64,000 bases of DNA from Calditrichia bacterium (GCA_050633245.1 JBOEGD010000027.1:74050-138049), one strand, 5' to 3'. Positions 38,718 through 49,979 are shown, counted from the first letter of the stretch. Notes: generated from the letters alone by a model not told the origin. Numbers and translations are program-made.

Positions 38718-39992
38718 ATGGGATATCTGAAGCAACGCAATCCTTTCGAAAATGCCCTCAAGCAGTTCGACAAAGCCGCGGACGCGCTAGAACTCAACAC
38801 CAACCAAATTGTTATGATCAAAGAACCACGCCGTGTTACCGAAGTAAACCTTCCGGTAAACATGGATGATGGAAAGATTCAGCTTTTTAAAGGTTTTCGC
38901 GTTCAGCACAGTATTATTCGCGGACCGGCAAAAGGTGGCATTCGCTACCATCCCGGAGTTTCTGTAGATGAGGTGAAAGCACTCGCCTTCTGGATGACGT
39001 ATAAGTGCGCAGTCGTAAACGTACCGTTTGGCGGCGGAAAAGGGGGCATCATCGTCGATCCTTCGCAGCTTTCCGACGCTGAACTGGAAAGACTTACACG
39101 ACGCTATTTTTCGGAGCTGGAAGATTTATTTGGCCCCGACAAAGATGTTCCAGCACCCGATATCAATACTAACCCACAGGTTATGGGCTGGATGTTTGAT
39201 ACGTTTGCCATGCACCAAAAGCAACATATTACCGGCGTAATCACCGGAAAGCCGGTTGAAATCGGCGGATCGGCAGGACGTGCCGAAGCAACAGCGTTAG
39301 GGATGTTCTATTGTGTTCGTGAGGCTTGTGAAAAACTCAATATGCGCATGAGCGGAGCAAAGGTTGCGATCCAGGGTTTTGGAAATGCCGGCTCGCATGC
39401 TGCACGCTTTCTATATGAAAACGGCGCGAAAATAATCGCGATTTCCGACGCAAGTGGGGCTTATTATAATCCCAAGGGCATCAATATCGAGGCAGCTCTG
39501 CAAACCTGCGCAAAAAACAAGCGCTGGACGCTCGACGGACTTGACCACAATACGCGTGTCGAAAAAATGGATGATCCTATGAAATTGCTCGAATTAGATG
39601 TTGAGATCCTGATTCCGGCGGCACTGGAAAATCAAATTACCGAAGACAATGCAGAGAATATTAAAGCTCGACTTATCGCCGAATGTGCCAACGGTCCTAT
39701 TACCGTCGAAGCCGATGCAATTCTGGATGAAAAAGGCTGTGTGCGTATTCCCGATATTCTTTGCAATGCCGGTGGAGTTACTGTCTCCTATCTTGAATGG
39801 GTGCAGAACCGAATGGGCTACTACTGGACTGCAGACCGCGTTCGCGAAGATTTGGAACGCTTTATGGTTACCGCCTTTAATGAAGTCTGGACAACGCGTG
39901 AACAGTATGGAGTAAATAACCGTATTGCGGCCTTTATTTTGGCCATCGAACGCGTAACAAGAGCCGCCGAAGTACGCGGACTTTATGGTTAG
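38718..39992 (+). CDS. gdhA: glutamate dehydrogenase (Glu/Leu/Phe/Val dehydrogenase family)
   Basis: KGGIRYHPGVSVDEVKALAFWMTYKCAVVNVPFGGGKGG contains the catalytic Lys and Gly-rich motif; NAD(P)-binding GFGNAGS; RBS GGAGGA before ATG. Confidence 0.9.
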   Translation: MGYLKQRNPFENALKQFDKAADALELNTNQIVMIKEPRRVTEVNLPVNMDDGKIQLFKGFRVQHSIIRGPAKGGIRYHPGVSVDEVKALAFWMTYKCAVVNVPFGGGKGGIIVDPSQLSDAELERLTRRYFSELEDLFGPDKDVPAPDINTNPQVMGWMFDTFAMHQKQHITGVITGKPVEIGGSAGRAEATALGMFYCVREACEKLNMRMSGAKVAIQGFGNAGSHAARFLYENGAKIIAISDASGAYYNPKGINIEAALQTCAKNKRWTLDGLDHNTRVEKMDDPMKLLELDVEILIPAALENQITEDNAENIKARLIAECANGPITVEADAILDEKGCVRIPDILCNAGGVTVSYLEWVQNRMGYYWTADRVREDLERFMVTAFNEVWTTREQYGVNNRIAAFILAIERVTRAAEVRGLYG

Positions 39993-40001
39993 TATTCCTC
40001 G

Positions 40002-40034
40002 GGTAACGGCGCTTAAAGTTGTTACCTGTTTTTA
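40002..40034 (+). terminator. weak candidate terminator after gdhA (GGTAAC ... GTTACC stem followed by TGTTTTTA)
   Basis: 6-bp stem with a 13-nt loop then a T-run; a marginal structure. Confidence 0.25.
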
Positions 40035-40165
40035 CCCCCAATTTAACTCTTGATTTACTGCATATGTTGGCTAATTCAGTCAGCATATGCAGGTAAATCC
40101 TGCTTTCACCTTTGAGAAAATAATTGCCTTAAGTATATTGGGATCAGTCTTAAAAAGGATCTGAT

Positions 40166-41134
40166 ATGCAACTGATAAACAAAACGATTAGCTATATACT
40201 TCCCGTCTTCCCTAAGGCTGTTGTTGGCTATTTTGCCAAACCTTACATCGCCGGAGAGCGTCTGGATGATGCTGTAGAGATAGTTCGAGAACTGATGCAG
40301 GAAGGCGCTTGCGCAACCTTGGATGTGCTTGGAGAAGAGGTTCATCATGAAGAGCAGGCACTACATGCTGTCGAGCTATATAAACAGGTTCTACAGCGCA
40401 TCTACTCCGAAAAGCTTCACTCGGGAATCTCCGTAAAACCCACACACATGGGTCTGAAAATAGATAAAGAGTTTTGCTATAAGAACATTCGTTCATTGGT
40501 CGAAATGGCAAGCCTCTATAAGCGCTTTGTCCGCATCGACATGGAAGACCACACCACCACGCAGGACACAATTGATATCTATAAACGCCTGCGAGAAGAT
40601 TTTGATAATGTGGGAACAGTTCTTCAAGCGTATTTGCGTCGCACAGTTCAGGACATTAACGGCTTAATTCCGCTTAAAGCCGATCTGCGACTCTGCAAAG
40701 GCATCTACATTGAACCGCGGAGCGTTGCCTGGAAAGATGGCGGAACGGTAAATCAAAACTTTGCCTACACGCTTGAAAAGCTCATTGTCAATAATTGCTA
40801 TGTTGGAATTGCCACTCATGATGAGAAGCTGGTTTGGGAGGCGATGCGAATTTTAGATAAGTATCAGGTAAAGAAGGATCGCTACGAGTTCCAGATGTTA
40901 CTTGGTGTTGATGCCGATCTGAGACGTATTATCATCAATAGCGGACACAAGCTACGCGTCTATGTGCCCTTTGGTGCCGAATGGTTTGCCTATTCAACAC
41001 GCCGTTTAAAGGAGAATCCCGCTATTGCCGGACATATTATGGGTAATCTTATTACCTCAATTTTTAAGCGTAGCGAAGCGCCTAAAATAGCAGAGAAGAA
41101 AGAAGCTAAGGCAAAGGTTGATGCAGGGAGCTAG
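40166..41134 (+). CDS. monofunctional proline dehydrogenase (PutA PRODH-domain family)
   Basis: C-terminal motif YVPFGAEWFAYSTRRLKENPA matches the conserved ProDH YxPYG..W.PYL.RRL.ENP motif; 322 aa. Confidence 0.7.
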   Translation: MQLINKTISYILPVFPKAVVGYFAKPYIAGERLDDAVEIVRELMQEGACATLDVLGEEVHHEEQALHAVELYKQVLQRIYSEKLHSGISVKPTHMGLKIDKEFCYKNIRSLVEMASLYKRFVRIDMEDHTTTQDTIDIYKRLREDFDNVGTVLQAYLRRTVQDINGLIPLKADLRLCKGIYIEPRSVAWKDGGTVNQNFAYTLEKLIVNNCYVGIATHDEKLVWEAMRILDKYQVKKDRYEFQMLLGVDADLRRIIINSGHKLRVYVPFGAEWFAYSTRRLKENPAIAGHIMGNLITSIFKRSEAPKIAEKKEAKAKVDAGS

Positions 41135-41757
41135 CCCTCATCAGCCTTCAGGTTCGTTTTGCTAATCGCGATAACTTCCCGCAGCTTGCTCTCAAACGTT
41201 TTACGATCCCAAAACGGAACATCCGTCAGACCACTCAGTTGACGCATCCAAAAGTCTGGCGGCTCAGCAGTTTGCACCCAACGATGCCCTTTATCATATA
41301 GCAGATACACATCCCAAGCCGGCTGATCTATCTGCAATGCCAGCTGCCATTGCTTTGCAGCGATATTTTGTGCATCCCAAATTCCCACTAAACGACTATC
41401 ATCAAATTCTCTGGTTAACTTAAGCGCCTGTTTGCGCTTATCGTTTTCGAGAACCGATACCCATACGATGTACAGTCGAATATCTTCATCCGGAATCTTG
41501 TTAAAGATTTGCTTTAGATCTTTAAAAATTCGCAATGAGAGCGGGTCTCCAGGGGACATCAATGCAATTACGCGAGTGAAACGGCTGTCGCGATTAAACT
41601 GTTCAACAACCTGATCGAAGGCATGGAGCTCCATTAACTCTACATAGGCAGAATTTTCGAGGTCTTCGGATTCAGCACATGAGGGACAAAGGAGGAGAAG
41701 GAGGACAATCGCCAATAGGCTGAATACACGAAAGAAATGGATGGTCTGGCAATTCAA
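41131..41757 (-). CDS. secreted hypothetical protein
   Basis: 208 aa with signal peptide or lipobox (LLLLCPSC); no recognisable motif. Confidence 0.4.
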   Translation of the reverse strand: MNCQTIHFFRVFSLLAIVLLLLLCPSCAESEDLENSAYVELMELHAFDQVVEQFNRDSRFTRVIALMSPGDPLSLRIFKDLKQIFNKIPDEDIRLYIVWVSVLENDKRKQALKLTREFDDSRLVGIWDAQNIAAKQWQLALQIDQPAWDVYLLYDKGHRWVQTAEPPDFWMRQLSGLTDVPFWDRKTFESKLREVIAISKTNLKADEG

Positions 41758-41823
41758 ACGTTCCTCCTTTCAGGGCTTCGGTGGAACACAACCAGATAGG
41801 TCAACTCAACTAAAGTAAAGGAT

Positions 41824-43719
41824 CTACTGTTTTTCTGCCAGCTTAGCGACAATCGGCTCTGCCGTTAATCCGGCAAACTCTACCCGCATATTCGGATCGG
41901 CATATAATCCAATACCACCGCGCACATTTTTGTCGGTTACCATGGTTAATAAATGACCATTGACATAAAGCAGAATCGTCTTATCAATGCATTTAATCTT
42001 AAGCTGAGCAGGTGTAAGATTCTGATTCAAACTTACGGGGATTTCACCACTTGCGATCGTTTTAATGCTCTTACGCGAAATACGCTGCAGAGCAAAGCGC
42101 GAATCTTTATCTATTGTAAACAGATAAAAATTGTCAAAGGGATCGGAAATGTCATGTCCGAAGATAATACCGTATTTTCCATTGCCTAAGCCGCCAACTC
42201 GTTTGGCGTTTACCACAATTTCAGCATTTCCATAGGCATCAATTCCAAACGCCTTTTTTATGCGGATATTGTTTTCGAAGATCATCGTATTGTTCTGAAT
42301 AAAAAAATCATCGCCTCGATAAAGCCCCGGAGTTTTCCAGTTTCGCATCGAGAGATAGGTAGGCAGCAACTCTTCCTGAAGTGGTGCAACCGGCTCCGGA
42401 TTAACATTTTGTAGTCGCTTGCTACGACGCGAGCGTTTTACACTGGCAGTTCGTGCCAGGGCAGGCTTGGCTATTTCGCTACGCACGCTGGCCAGTTTAC
42501 TAACTAACAGCTTATTCTCTGGATCAATGGTTGCTGCAAGTCGATAATCTTCCTCTGCCGATCGCCAGTTTTTTACTGCGGCAAATGAATCACCACTTGC
42601 CATATAAATTCCAACAATTGAATCAAGTCCGAAAAGAGCTTTCGCGTTCGTAGGATCGGCCTTGAGGATTCGTCGATATATATCGACTGCATCGTGCAAA
42701 TTTTCACCCTCTATATATCCGCTTGCATTGGAAAGGCGTTCTTCAAGCGTTTTGGCATGAAACCCTTCCTCGTCAAGTGAAACAGAATAGCGCCCAATAG
42801 TGGCTTCGGCCATCTGCGGCAGCTCATCAAGAAAGAAGCTTAACAGAAGGAACATCGCTGCGCCAAATAAAAAGGTAAAGGTAATGGACATACCCAAGCG
42901 CGATTTACGTGTGGAAGCTTCATCACTTCTTCCCTCTTGACCAGATTTTTCACGGCCACGCTTGCGATATTCGTTATAAATCTTTATTACCTGAACCGCG
43001 ACATTACCATCAGCCCCACGCTCGATGGCCAATTCCTGCAACTTCTTGCTGGCCGTTTGTGGGGTGTGCGACAAAACAACAGACTGAATCTCGTGCTCCT
43101 GCAATACATCGAGTGCTGCTGTAGACATAATAAAATATTCGTCGCGCTGAACGGGAATTTTATTAATTGTCTCGATCTTCACGCCAAGTTTTATACCAAG
43201 AGCACGTGTTAGTACTGCACGCGTTCCATCACGACTACCAACTTCACGAGGAAGCATATCTAATACGCGAGTGTGTTCCTGCGTCAAACGCTCCACTTTT
43301 CTTACGCTTACACGATAGATACGACAGTCTCCAACATGGGCGACATACGCATGGCGATCGGTAATTACGAGTGCAGAGCAGGTTGCTCCGATTTTCTTGT
43401 GAAGGGCATTGGTTTGAGCGTATTGATAAACCCGACGATTTGCAGTATCCATTGCTCGCTGTAGACAGAATGCGATATCTGCTGAAGGATAGGTAAAGTA
43501 ATTTTCCTGAATGATATCTATTGCCATTTTCCCGGCATCACTGGGTTCCGGTCGGCGGGTTTTTGAGTCTGCGATAACAAACAGACGACCTTTGCGGGAA
43601 GCAATCGCTGTAGCCGAACCATAATGATCGAATGGAGTCGACTCTCTATATGTTGACGGCATCTTCGTTGACGAAGAGGCAACATCAAGTTTAAGATTTG
43701 AAGCAGTTTGCAAGCTCAT
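41824..43719 (-). CDS. PP2C-family Ser/Thr phosphatase domain, one TM helix, TPR repeats, C-terminal domain of unknown function
   Basis: PP2C motifs HVGDCRIYRV, LTQEHT and LTRALG; TM near residue 290; TPR-like region (YRRILKADPTNAKALFGL...). Confidence 0.6.
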   Translation of the reverse strand: MSLQTASNLKLDVASSSTKMPSTYRESTPFDHYGSATAIASRKGRLFVIADSKTRRPEPSDAGKMAIDIIQENYFTYPSADIAFCLQRAMDTANRRVYQYAQTNALHKKIGATCSALVITDRHAYVAHVGDCRIYRVSVRKVERLTQEHTRVLDMLPREVGSRDGTRAVLTRALGIKLGVKIETINKIPVQRDEYFIMSTAALDVLQEHEIQSVVLSHTPQTASKKLQELAIERGADGNVAVQVIKIYNEYRKRGREKSGQEGRSDEASTRKSRLGMSITFTFLFGAAMFLLLSFFLDELPQMAEATIGRYSVSLDEEGFHAKTLEERLSNASGYIEGENLHDAVDIYRRILKADPTNAKALFGLDSIVGIYMASGDSFAAVKNWRSAEEDYRLAATIDPENKLLVSKLASVRSEIAKPALARTASVKRSRRSKRLQNVNPEPVAPLQEELLPTYLSMRNWKTPGLYRGDDFFIQNNTMIFENNIRIKKAFGIDAYGNAEIVVNAKRVGGLGNGKYGIIFGHDISDPFDNFYLFTIDKDSRFALQRISRKSIKTIASGEIPVSLNQNLTPAQLKIKCIDKTILLYVNGHLLTMVTDKNVRGGIGLYADPNMRVEFAGLTAEPIVAKLAEKQ

Positions 43720-44094
43720 GATTTTCTGTATTCTCTACCCAGGGCTTTTATGCTACATGGGATTAAACGTACCCATTATCGGCGCCGGACAGCTGAAGTA
43801 AATAAAAAAATGTAGAAATTTACCGTGCATCCGTGCCGATTTACAATCATTCACATATGTAATGATTACTCTTTTCCTACAGATGAGGAGGGAAATTGCA
43901 AGCGAGCGTTAAAGATAATCCCATACCGTTTGTCAATTTATGCACCAACATGACCCTGTCACATCATTCTGAGGGAACATGTAGAATATACGACAAACTG
44001 AACGACGGTTTGTGACAAATCGCAATTCTGAACACTGTTTAAAAACCCGGTCAATGCCGGGCATCACAACCCATACATTTCTTTGTGAGCTGGC

Positions 44095-47000
44095 TTACTT
44101 AAGTTTGATAAGACGCTTAACGTCCTGCGTACCTGAAGTCTCAAGCATATAAAAATAGAGTCCGCTAGCGACTACTTTGCCTGCATTCGTGCGTCCATCC
44201 CACTCTACTTCATAGAAACCGGCATTTTGCTCACCATTTACCAATGTGCGCACAGCCTGCCCCAAAATCGAATAGATTCGAATAACAACACGACCGCTCT
44301 TTGCAACCTGATATGGAATACGCGTCGATGGGTTAAAGGGGTTGGGGTAGTTTTGGGCCAGATGCGGCTGCGATGGCACTAGTCTCTCGATTCCGGAAAG
44401 AGCAGATTCGATGTCTGCTGCCGGGGCGACCAACAGCGCAAATCGCGACTCTTCTTCCGAGCGAATGGCTCGCAGCGTTATCTCGCTATTGCTGCGAAGA
44501 TCATATCGTTCATTATATTTTGAATCGAAGAGCACCACTTCGAAACCACCAGGCAAAGCAGAAATTTGCTGCATAGTCAGACTGACAACTGTTTCAGAAC
44601 TGCGGATTCCAAAGCGCCAGGTATCTCCATTTTGTGATGTCTTTCTGAAGTCTGTCGCAAAATACGTTTTATCACTCCCCCACTCTTCCCGAGCAAACAC
44701 AATTGAAACCCCCTGAAGGTCAGGAGAAGATGGATTCGGATAATCGAAGCGGTCTTTTTCGTCCAGTGCTTCAGCATGCATTCCAAGCACATTCACATCA
44801 AAACTATGGTTATTCTCTGCCCGAAGCACCAACTGCCAGTCTCCTAATTTGCTTGACGGTGCAGGACTTATTTTGCCGCTTGTTCCGGTACGAGGATCGA
44901 AAACAATGTTCACCGCATCTGGACTATTATTCATAACGGCATAGCCACCCCATGGTTCCACGCTGAAGTTTGCACCAAGAAGCGGTGTCCAACCAGATTT
45001 TGCAAGAGAATCCTGCCATGCCTGACCATCCCAGCGATAAATTTGCAGTGACTCCTTGCCGGAAGATCGCACGCTGTCCCAAGGCACCGGAAAGCTATAT
45101 GGATTGCCCACTTGATTCCATCCCGGTTGAAGCGCGTAGACAAAGGAATCAGGCGAAACAGTTTGCATCGCCGGGAACGTTAATGTCGTGGTAGGAATTT
45201 GACCATCGGCATCATCGCGAAGATAAAGCCAGAAGGCATTACCCGGCTCGAAGCGACCGTAGCTATCTGGACGACTGTTAAGCGCATCAGACCCCAAATA
45301 GCTGCTATTGCTGCCCGTAGGATCAACTCGATAGATGCGCCACGTAAAATCACCTTCTTCGCCTAAATCGGCCAAAATTGAGGCAATAGACTTATTCGCA
45401 TCGGTGATTGCATCATACGGCAGCGAAAACATCTGCCAACGGTTGAGCGCTGTAAGGCTGGAAGACGCGCTACCAAGCGTTATCTCACCGGCGGGAATTG
45501 AAACCGAACTAAAAATCGTATCGCGTACCGTAACCGGATACTCATCTGAAACCGCAGCTTCCAGCTTAATTCCATTCGACGTTATTGCAGCCCCTGGCAG
45601 TACCCCGCTATAAACGCCACCCCCGAGATCCGACAAATTTATGGCTCCTGCTGTAAAGCCGTCCGAGTTGGCATTTCCATAACGAACGCGCACCTGTCGC
45701 AAAGTCGTGTCGGCACTAGCCGTAACCAGAATCTGAGAATCTTGCCCCAGCTCAGGATTAACCCTAATCGATTGAATGACTGGCGCAATAACGCCCCGCC
45801 CACTTAGAAAAACTGACGTAAATGGATTCGCTCTATCGTTACTGCCAATGGCCAGCAAAGCTTGTCTTCTTCCCGTTGTCAAAAGCGGGCGAAATGCAAC
45901 TTCCAAAATGAATGCCGCACTATCCGGGGGAATAACAAATGGCAGATCGGGTACGTTTTTTAAACGAAATTCCGGAGAATTTATTCCAGCCAGATCAATG
46001 GACTGAATCGTTAGTGGAGCAGCCCCTACATTTACGATTGGTAACAAGAACGTCGAATCTCCGGAAACAGGCACCGCATGATAGTCCAGGCTGTCTATAC
46101 CTACGGAGATACGTGGCAAAGCACCACGCCCAATAACCGGCACAACGAGTTCCTCAAACTCCGGATCATCACTTTCGATAATCAAGTTTACTGCTGAAAC
46201 ACGCTCTTCAATCGGAGAGAAGTTAACGGAAAATTGCAGCGAATCTCCGGGAGAAATGGATTGCGGGAAATCGCGTATCTGCGTCTCAAACAGCAAGCTG
46301 TCGGAGCCTGTTAATCGCACATTAGAGACCAACAAACGATACGTACCTTCATTGCGAATTACCATTGGTAATGTTTCAATAGAATCCAGCACAACACGCC
46401 CAAATAATAGCGAATCGGAGTTAACCGCAAGATCCGGAGCCGCACCACTCCCATTTAGCACAACACTCTTTATCGGTTCAAGCGGATCATTACTTATCAA
46501 ATTAAATATCGCCTGCGACTCACCAAGCTCCGCCGGTGAATAGCGCAGGGCAAGCGCCACCGGATTCCCACCCGAAAGAATGGTAAATGGTATGGCCGGC
46601 ACTTCTTCGAAGGAGAATAAATTACTGTTTATACCGGTAATACTTGTATCGCTTACCGTCAGAGGTGCGCCCCCATCGTTACGAATAAGAATTTGTGTTA
46701 TTGAATCTGTTTTAATCAGAACGTTGCCAAAGTTCAATGTATCCGGTACCGTGACAATTCTTGGCTGCACTCCGGTGCCAAGAAGTTCTACCTCGAAGGG
46801 ATTTTCATCGGGATCATTACTGATTACCTGAAGGGTTGCGGAGGAAGCACCGAGAGCAAGGGGTTTAAACTTCACCGAAAGCGGCGCACGCCCACCATTC
46901 GGAGGAACAGTTACCGGCAATGAAGGAAATGTGACCACTTCAAATTGTCCATCGCTAGAGACTAAACTGGTATCCGTAATTATTAGCGGTGCGAGTCCAA

Positions 47001-48165
47001 CATTAGAGATCTGAAAGAAAATAGTCAGGCTATCCCCAACAACAACCGGCCCATAGTTCAGTGGATTCACATCGGACTTAATATCCGGTTCAATTCCGGT
47101 GCCACGGAGAATAATCTGTTGCTGACCTTCATCCGGATCGTTACTTACAATAGTTAACGTGCTGGTTTTTAAACCTCCGGACGTTGGAACGAAGCGGGTT
47201 TGAATAAAGCCGGAACTGCCACCGGGCTGGATAAGCAGCGGAAGGACGGGCGGATTAACCAACAGAAACTGATTCTCGTTGCCCCCTGCGATCTGTAAAT
47301 CTGTCACCATCAGCACCGCATCACCATCATTAAAGATTCTAAGTTGCTGAGTTGAATCGTCACCTACAGGCACATTCCCATAGTCAAATTCTTCAACAGA
47401 AAGGCGAATATCGGCCTCCGTTGCCGTTCCGTCCAGCTGAATGAACAGTGGATTTTCATCAGGGTCGTTGCTAACAATGCTCAGGAAGGCAACTTTGCTT
47501 CCCTTAAATGTGGGATTAAAGGAGATGATGACCTGCGCAGCGCTACCGCCGGGTGTTACTTTTATCGGCAGTGGCGGAGCCTGAAAGGCGAACTCGCTTG
47601 CATTGGCTCCAACTAACTGTAGTGAACTGATTAGCAAATTACCCTGACCCAAATTGCTAATTCCGAGCGCCCGTAACGAGTCGCTGCCAGCCGGTAGTTC
47701 GCCAAAGTTGAGAGCAACAGCTGAGGGTTCAATATCAGGAAACACACCGGTTCCGCTTAGCGCAACATCAAGCGGGTTTTCATCGGGATCATTATTCACC
47801 ATAATCAGAAAGCCGGATTTCACACCGCCTGTCGTCGGACTAAATCGCACATCAACGCTGACTTCAGCGCCACCGGGCTGAATAACAATTGGAAAAACGG
47901 GAACATTCGGCAGGCTAAACTCACTTGCATCAGCTCCAATCACATCGATAGAGGTTACCTGAAGCTCTGCGGTTCCTCTATTGCCGATTGAGATAGTGAG
48001 CAGCGAGTCATCCGAAACACCTACATTGCCAAAGTTTAGGGCAGCAGGCTGCACGTCAATATCTGGCTGCGGCTGCGCAAAGATCATGGCTGTAGAAAGC
48101 AAGAGCATCGCAAACAATGCTCTTGGCGTCACAAAAAGGTTCTTATTCAAAATGAAGGTCAACAT
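44095..48165 (-). CDS. giant cell-surface protein: signal peptide, about 8 tandem ~115-aa beta-sandwich repeats each ending ...(I/V)SNDPDE(N/G)P (choice-of-anchor D / ASH-like), unique C-terminal region and T9SS type-A sorting domain
   Basis: 1356 aa; periodic NFGNV...L.I.N.G...L.....I.G.....F........P..I.PGGS...V.F.P...G.......L.I.SNDPDENP units; C-terminus NYPNPFNPSTRIPYQV...LYFYMLETSGTQDVKRLIKLK. Confidence 0.65.
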   Translation of the reverse strand: MLTFILNKNLFVTPRALFAMLLLSTAMIFAQPQPDIDVQPAALNFGNVGVSDDSLLTISIGNRGTAELQVTSIDVIGADASEFSLPNVPVFPIVIQPGGAEVSVDVRFSPTTGGVKSGFLIMVNNDPDENPLDVALSGTGVFPDIEPSAVALNFGELPAGSDSLRALGISNLGQGNLLISSLQLVGANASEFAFQAPPLPIKVTPGGSAAQVIISFNPTFKGSKVAFLSIVSNDPDENPLFIQLDGTATEADIRLSVEEFDYGNVPVGDDSTQQLRIFNDGDAVLMVTDLQIAGGNENQFLLVNPPVLPLLIQPGGSSGFIQTRFVPTSGGLKTSTLTIVSNDPDEGQQQIILRGTGIEPDIKSDVNPLNYGPVVVGDSLTIFFQISNVGLAPLIITDTSLVSSDGQFEVVTFPSLPVTVPPNGGRAPLSVKFKPLALGASSATLQVISNDPDENPFEVELLGTGVQPRIVTVPDTLNFGNVLIKTDSITQILIRNDGGAPLTVSDTSITGINSNLFSFEEVPAIPFTILSGGNPVALALRYSPAELGESQAIFNLISNDPLEPIKSVVLNGSGAAPDLAVNSDSLLFGRVVLDSIETLPMVIRNEGTYRLLVSNVRLTGSDSLLFETQIRDFPQSISPGDSLQFSVNFSPIEERVSAVNLIIESDDPEFEELVVPVIGRGALPRISVGIDSLDYHAVPVSGDSTFLLPIVNVGAAPLTIQSIDLAGINSPEFRLKNVPDLPFVIPPDSAAFILEVAFRPLLTTGRRQALLAIGSNDRANPFTSVFLSGRGVIAPVIQSIRVNPELGQDSQILVTASADTTLRQVRVRYGNANSDGFTAGAINLSDLGGGVYSGVLPGAAITSNGIKLEAAVSDEYPVTVRDTIFSSVSIPAGEITLGSASSSLTALNRWQMFSLPYDAITDANKSIASILADLGEEGDFTWRIYRVDPTGSNSSYLGSDALNSRPDSYGRFEPGNAFWLYLRDDADGQIPTTTLTFPAMQTVSPDSFVYALQPGWNQVGNPYSFPVPWDSVRSSGKESLQIYRWDGQAWQDSLAKSGWTPLLGANFSVEPWGGYAVMNNSPDAVNIVFDPRTGTSGKISPAPSSKLGDWQLVLRAENNHSFDVNVLGMHAEALDEKDRFDYPNPSSPDLQGVSIVFAREEWGSDKTYFATDFRKTSQNGDTWRFGIRSSETVVSLTMQQISALPGGFEVVLFDSKYNERYDLRSNSEITLRAIRSEEESRFALLVAPAADIESALSGIERLVPSQPHLAQNYPNPFNPSTRIPYQVAKSGRVVIRIYSILGQAVRTLVNGEQNAGFYEVEWDGRTNAGKVVASGLYFYMLETSGTQDVKRLIKLK

Positions 48166-48204
48166 AGTGTATCCATAAACTGGTTATTGTCTAAGTAAAT
48201 GTGC

Positions 48205-49644
48205 CTAGCGTGGCAGATTTGGTGGTAATCCAATCGCCGTTGGAGAATCTTCTCCGGAATCGCGGCTTATTAGCAAGAACGTCGTTGCACCGGCCGCAGT
48301 AAGAACGCCTGCTCCAATCAAGTATTTCCCCCAGGAGGCGCCTGAAGGATTTTTCAATGCAAAGTTTTTTGCACGTTCCTGAATATCTTTCCCTTCTAAA
48401 ATAGCTAAGTAAAGACGCGAATAGCCACCACGTTCGGTAATGACCATCAGGTTTTTGGCGCGGCTGTCAAACTCGCTTACGCGCGGAAAGCGCTTTTGAA
48501 TATCCGTTAATTGAATTATTGCATTCTCTTCCTTTTGCAACCAGCGCTCTACATTTATAGCGTAAAGCGGATCGCTTTGTGCTTCCAGCGAAGATTGACA
48601 GAGAATGCTTTGTCCGCCTTCCAACCAGACAGCACGACTTCCAACAAGCTCAATATTTTTAAAGATCTCCGTTTTATAGCCGGCAAGATCTTTGTTTTCG
48701 AGACGCTTATTCTTTCCCCAGGTCAGCTCGGTAATATAGAGGTTAGCCGTAGCTTCATCGGTAATCGACTGGCCTACATATAACAGCCTTGAGGCCTGAT
48801 GAGGATCCCACTGCGGCTTGGTATAGTCTGCAAGAGGATCATCGGTTACCCGAAACAAATTGTCTTCTTTTTGAGCAAGATTTAATACGTGAATTTGAAA
48901 AGTAGATATTTCACGACCGGGAAACTGTTCGAGGCGGGCATAAGCTAAAAGCTGTGCCTCCGGGTCAGGATTCCAGGCAATATCCAGTTCCTCAAAAGGG
49001 TTCGATGTAAGCTGACGATGACGTAGCTTGGTATAATCACGCTTTTCAAGCGCCTGATCGACGTTTTCAAAGAGATAAATATCTCCCGCACCTGTGGCAG
49101 AAGAGATATAGGCAATGGACTTTCCATCGGGAGACCAGCGGGGTGAATAGTGTTCACCGTCCGAACTTGAAAGCTTTATATAGCTGTTGCGTCCCACCGA
49201 GCCCAGATAAATGTGACGGCTTTCTCCACCCGCGTTGCTTACGAATGTAAACCATTGATAGCCTTCTTTGTCCAACATGGGACGCCAGTCTATTTGCCCA
49301 CTGTAAAAAGCGCTGCTCTTGGCCAGAGACACATCTGCAGATGTGCTATCTGCACTTAACACTATCTCATAAAGCTGAGATGCGCCAAGATCATAGATAT
49401 GTAAATAATGATCGCTGGCATCCTGCCGTTCGAAGGACAGCAGGCGCGACGGAAATGGCGAAAATTCAGGTTTTGAAAAGACACCCGGTACGCGGGGATC
49501 TCGACTGGAGATAATCTCGTAAGGCGCACCAGATATAACCAATGAATCCGAGGCCGCCTGAAGACCAAAAGACAAAAGAAGAATGCAAAAGGCTAACTTC
49601 ATAACGCTCCTGTTTGCAGAGTTATTGCACATTTTATGCTTCAC
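48205..49644 (-). CDS. secreted PD40/WD40-like beta-propeller protein (TolB-like)
   Basis: Signal peptide; PD40 motifs (YSPRWSPDGKSIAYISSATG etc.); C-terminal hydrophobic segment. Confidence 0.5.
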   Translation of the reverse strand: MKHKMCNNSANRSVMKLAFCILLLSFGLQAASDSLVISGAPYEIISSRDPRVPGVFSKPEFSPFPSRLLSFERQDASDHYLHIYDLGASQLYEIVLSADSTSADVSLAKSSAFYSGQIDWRPMLDKEGYQWFTFVSNAGGESRHIYLGSVGRNSYIKLSSSDGEHYSPRWSPDGKSIAYISSATGAGDIYLFENVDQALEKRDYTKLRHRQLTSNPFEELDIAWNPDPEAQLLAYARLEQFPGREISTFQIHVLNLAQKEDNLFRVTDDPLADYTKPQWDPHQASRLLYVGQSITDEATANLYITELTWGKNKRLENKDLAGYKTEIFKNIELVGSRAVWLEGGQSILCQSSLEAQSDPLYAINVERWLQKEENAIIQLTDIQKRFPRVSEFDSRAKNLMVITERGGYSRLYLAILEGKDIQERAKNFALKNPSGASWGKYLIGAGVLTAAGATTFLLISRDSGEDSPTAIGLPPNLPR

Positions 49645-49979
49645 TAAAGCTATTCATTTTATTGGCAGAGTACAAGCGAAAACATACACAATAAATCCAG
49701 TGATTTCAACTATCTGAATGTTTATTTTTACAACTGTTATCCAATTGTTGCACGGTTGTATTAGCGAAGGTTTCAGCTTTGTGAAAAGAATGTCGACACT
49801 TATCTCACATCACAGCACAACGCGGTTTTTCAGGTTATGTTGTGGAAATCTTAACTTGTATACACTATCTTATCCATTCTCATGACAATCCGGTATGACA
49901 AATGCCACAGCACAATACTGATTTACCTGTGATGTGGTAAGACAATAAACGCTGCCAGAAACGAAGGAGTCTCCACACT

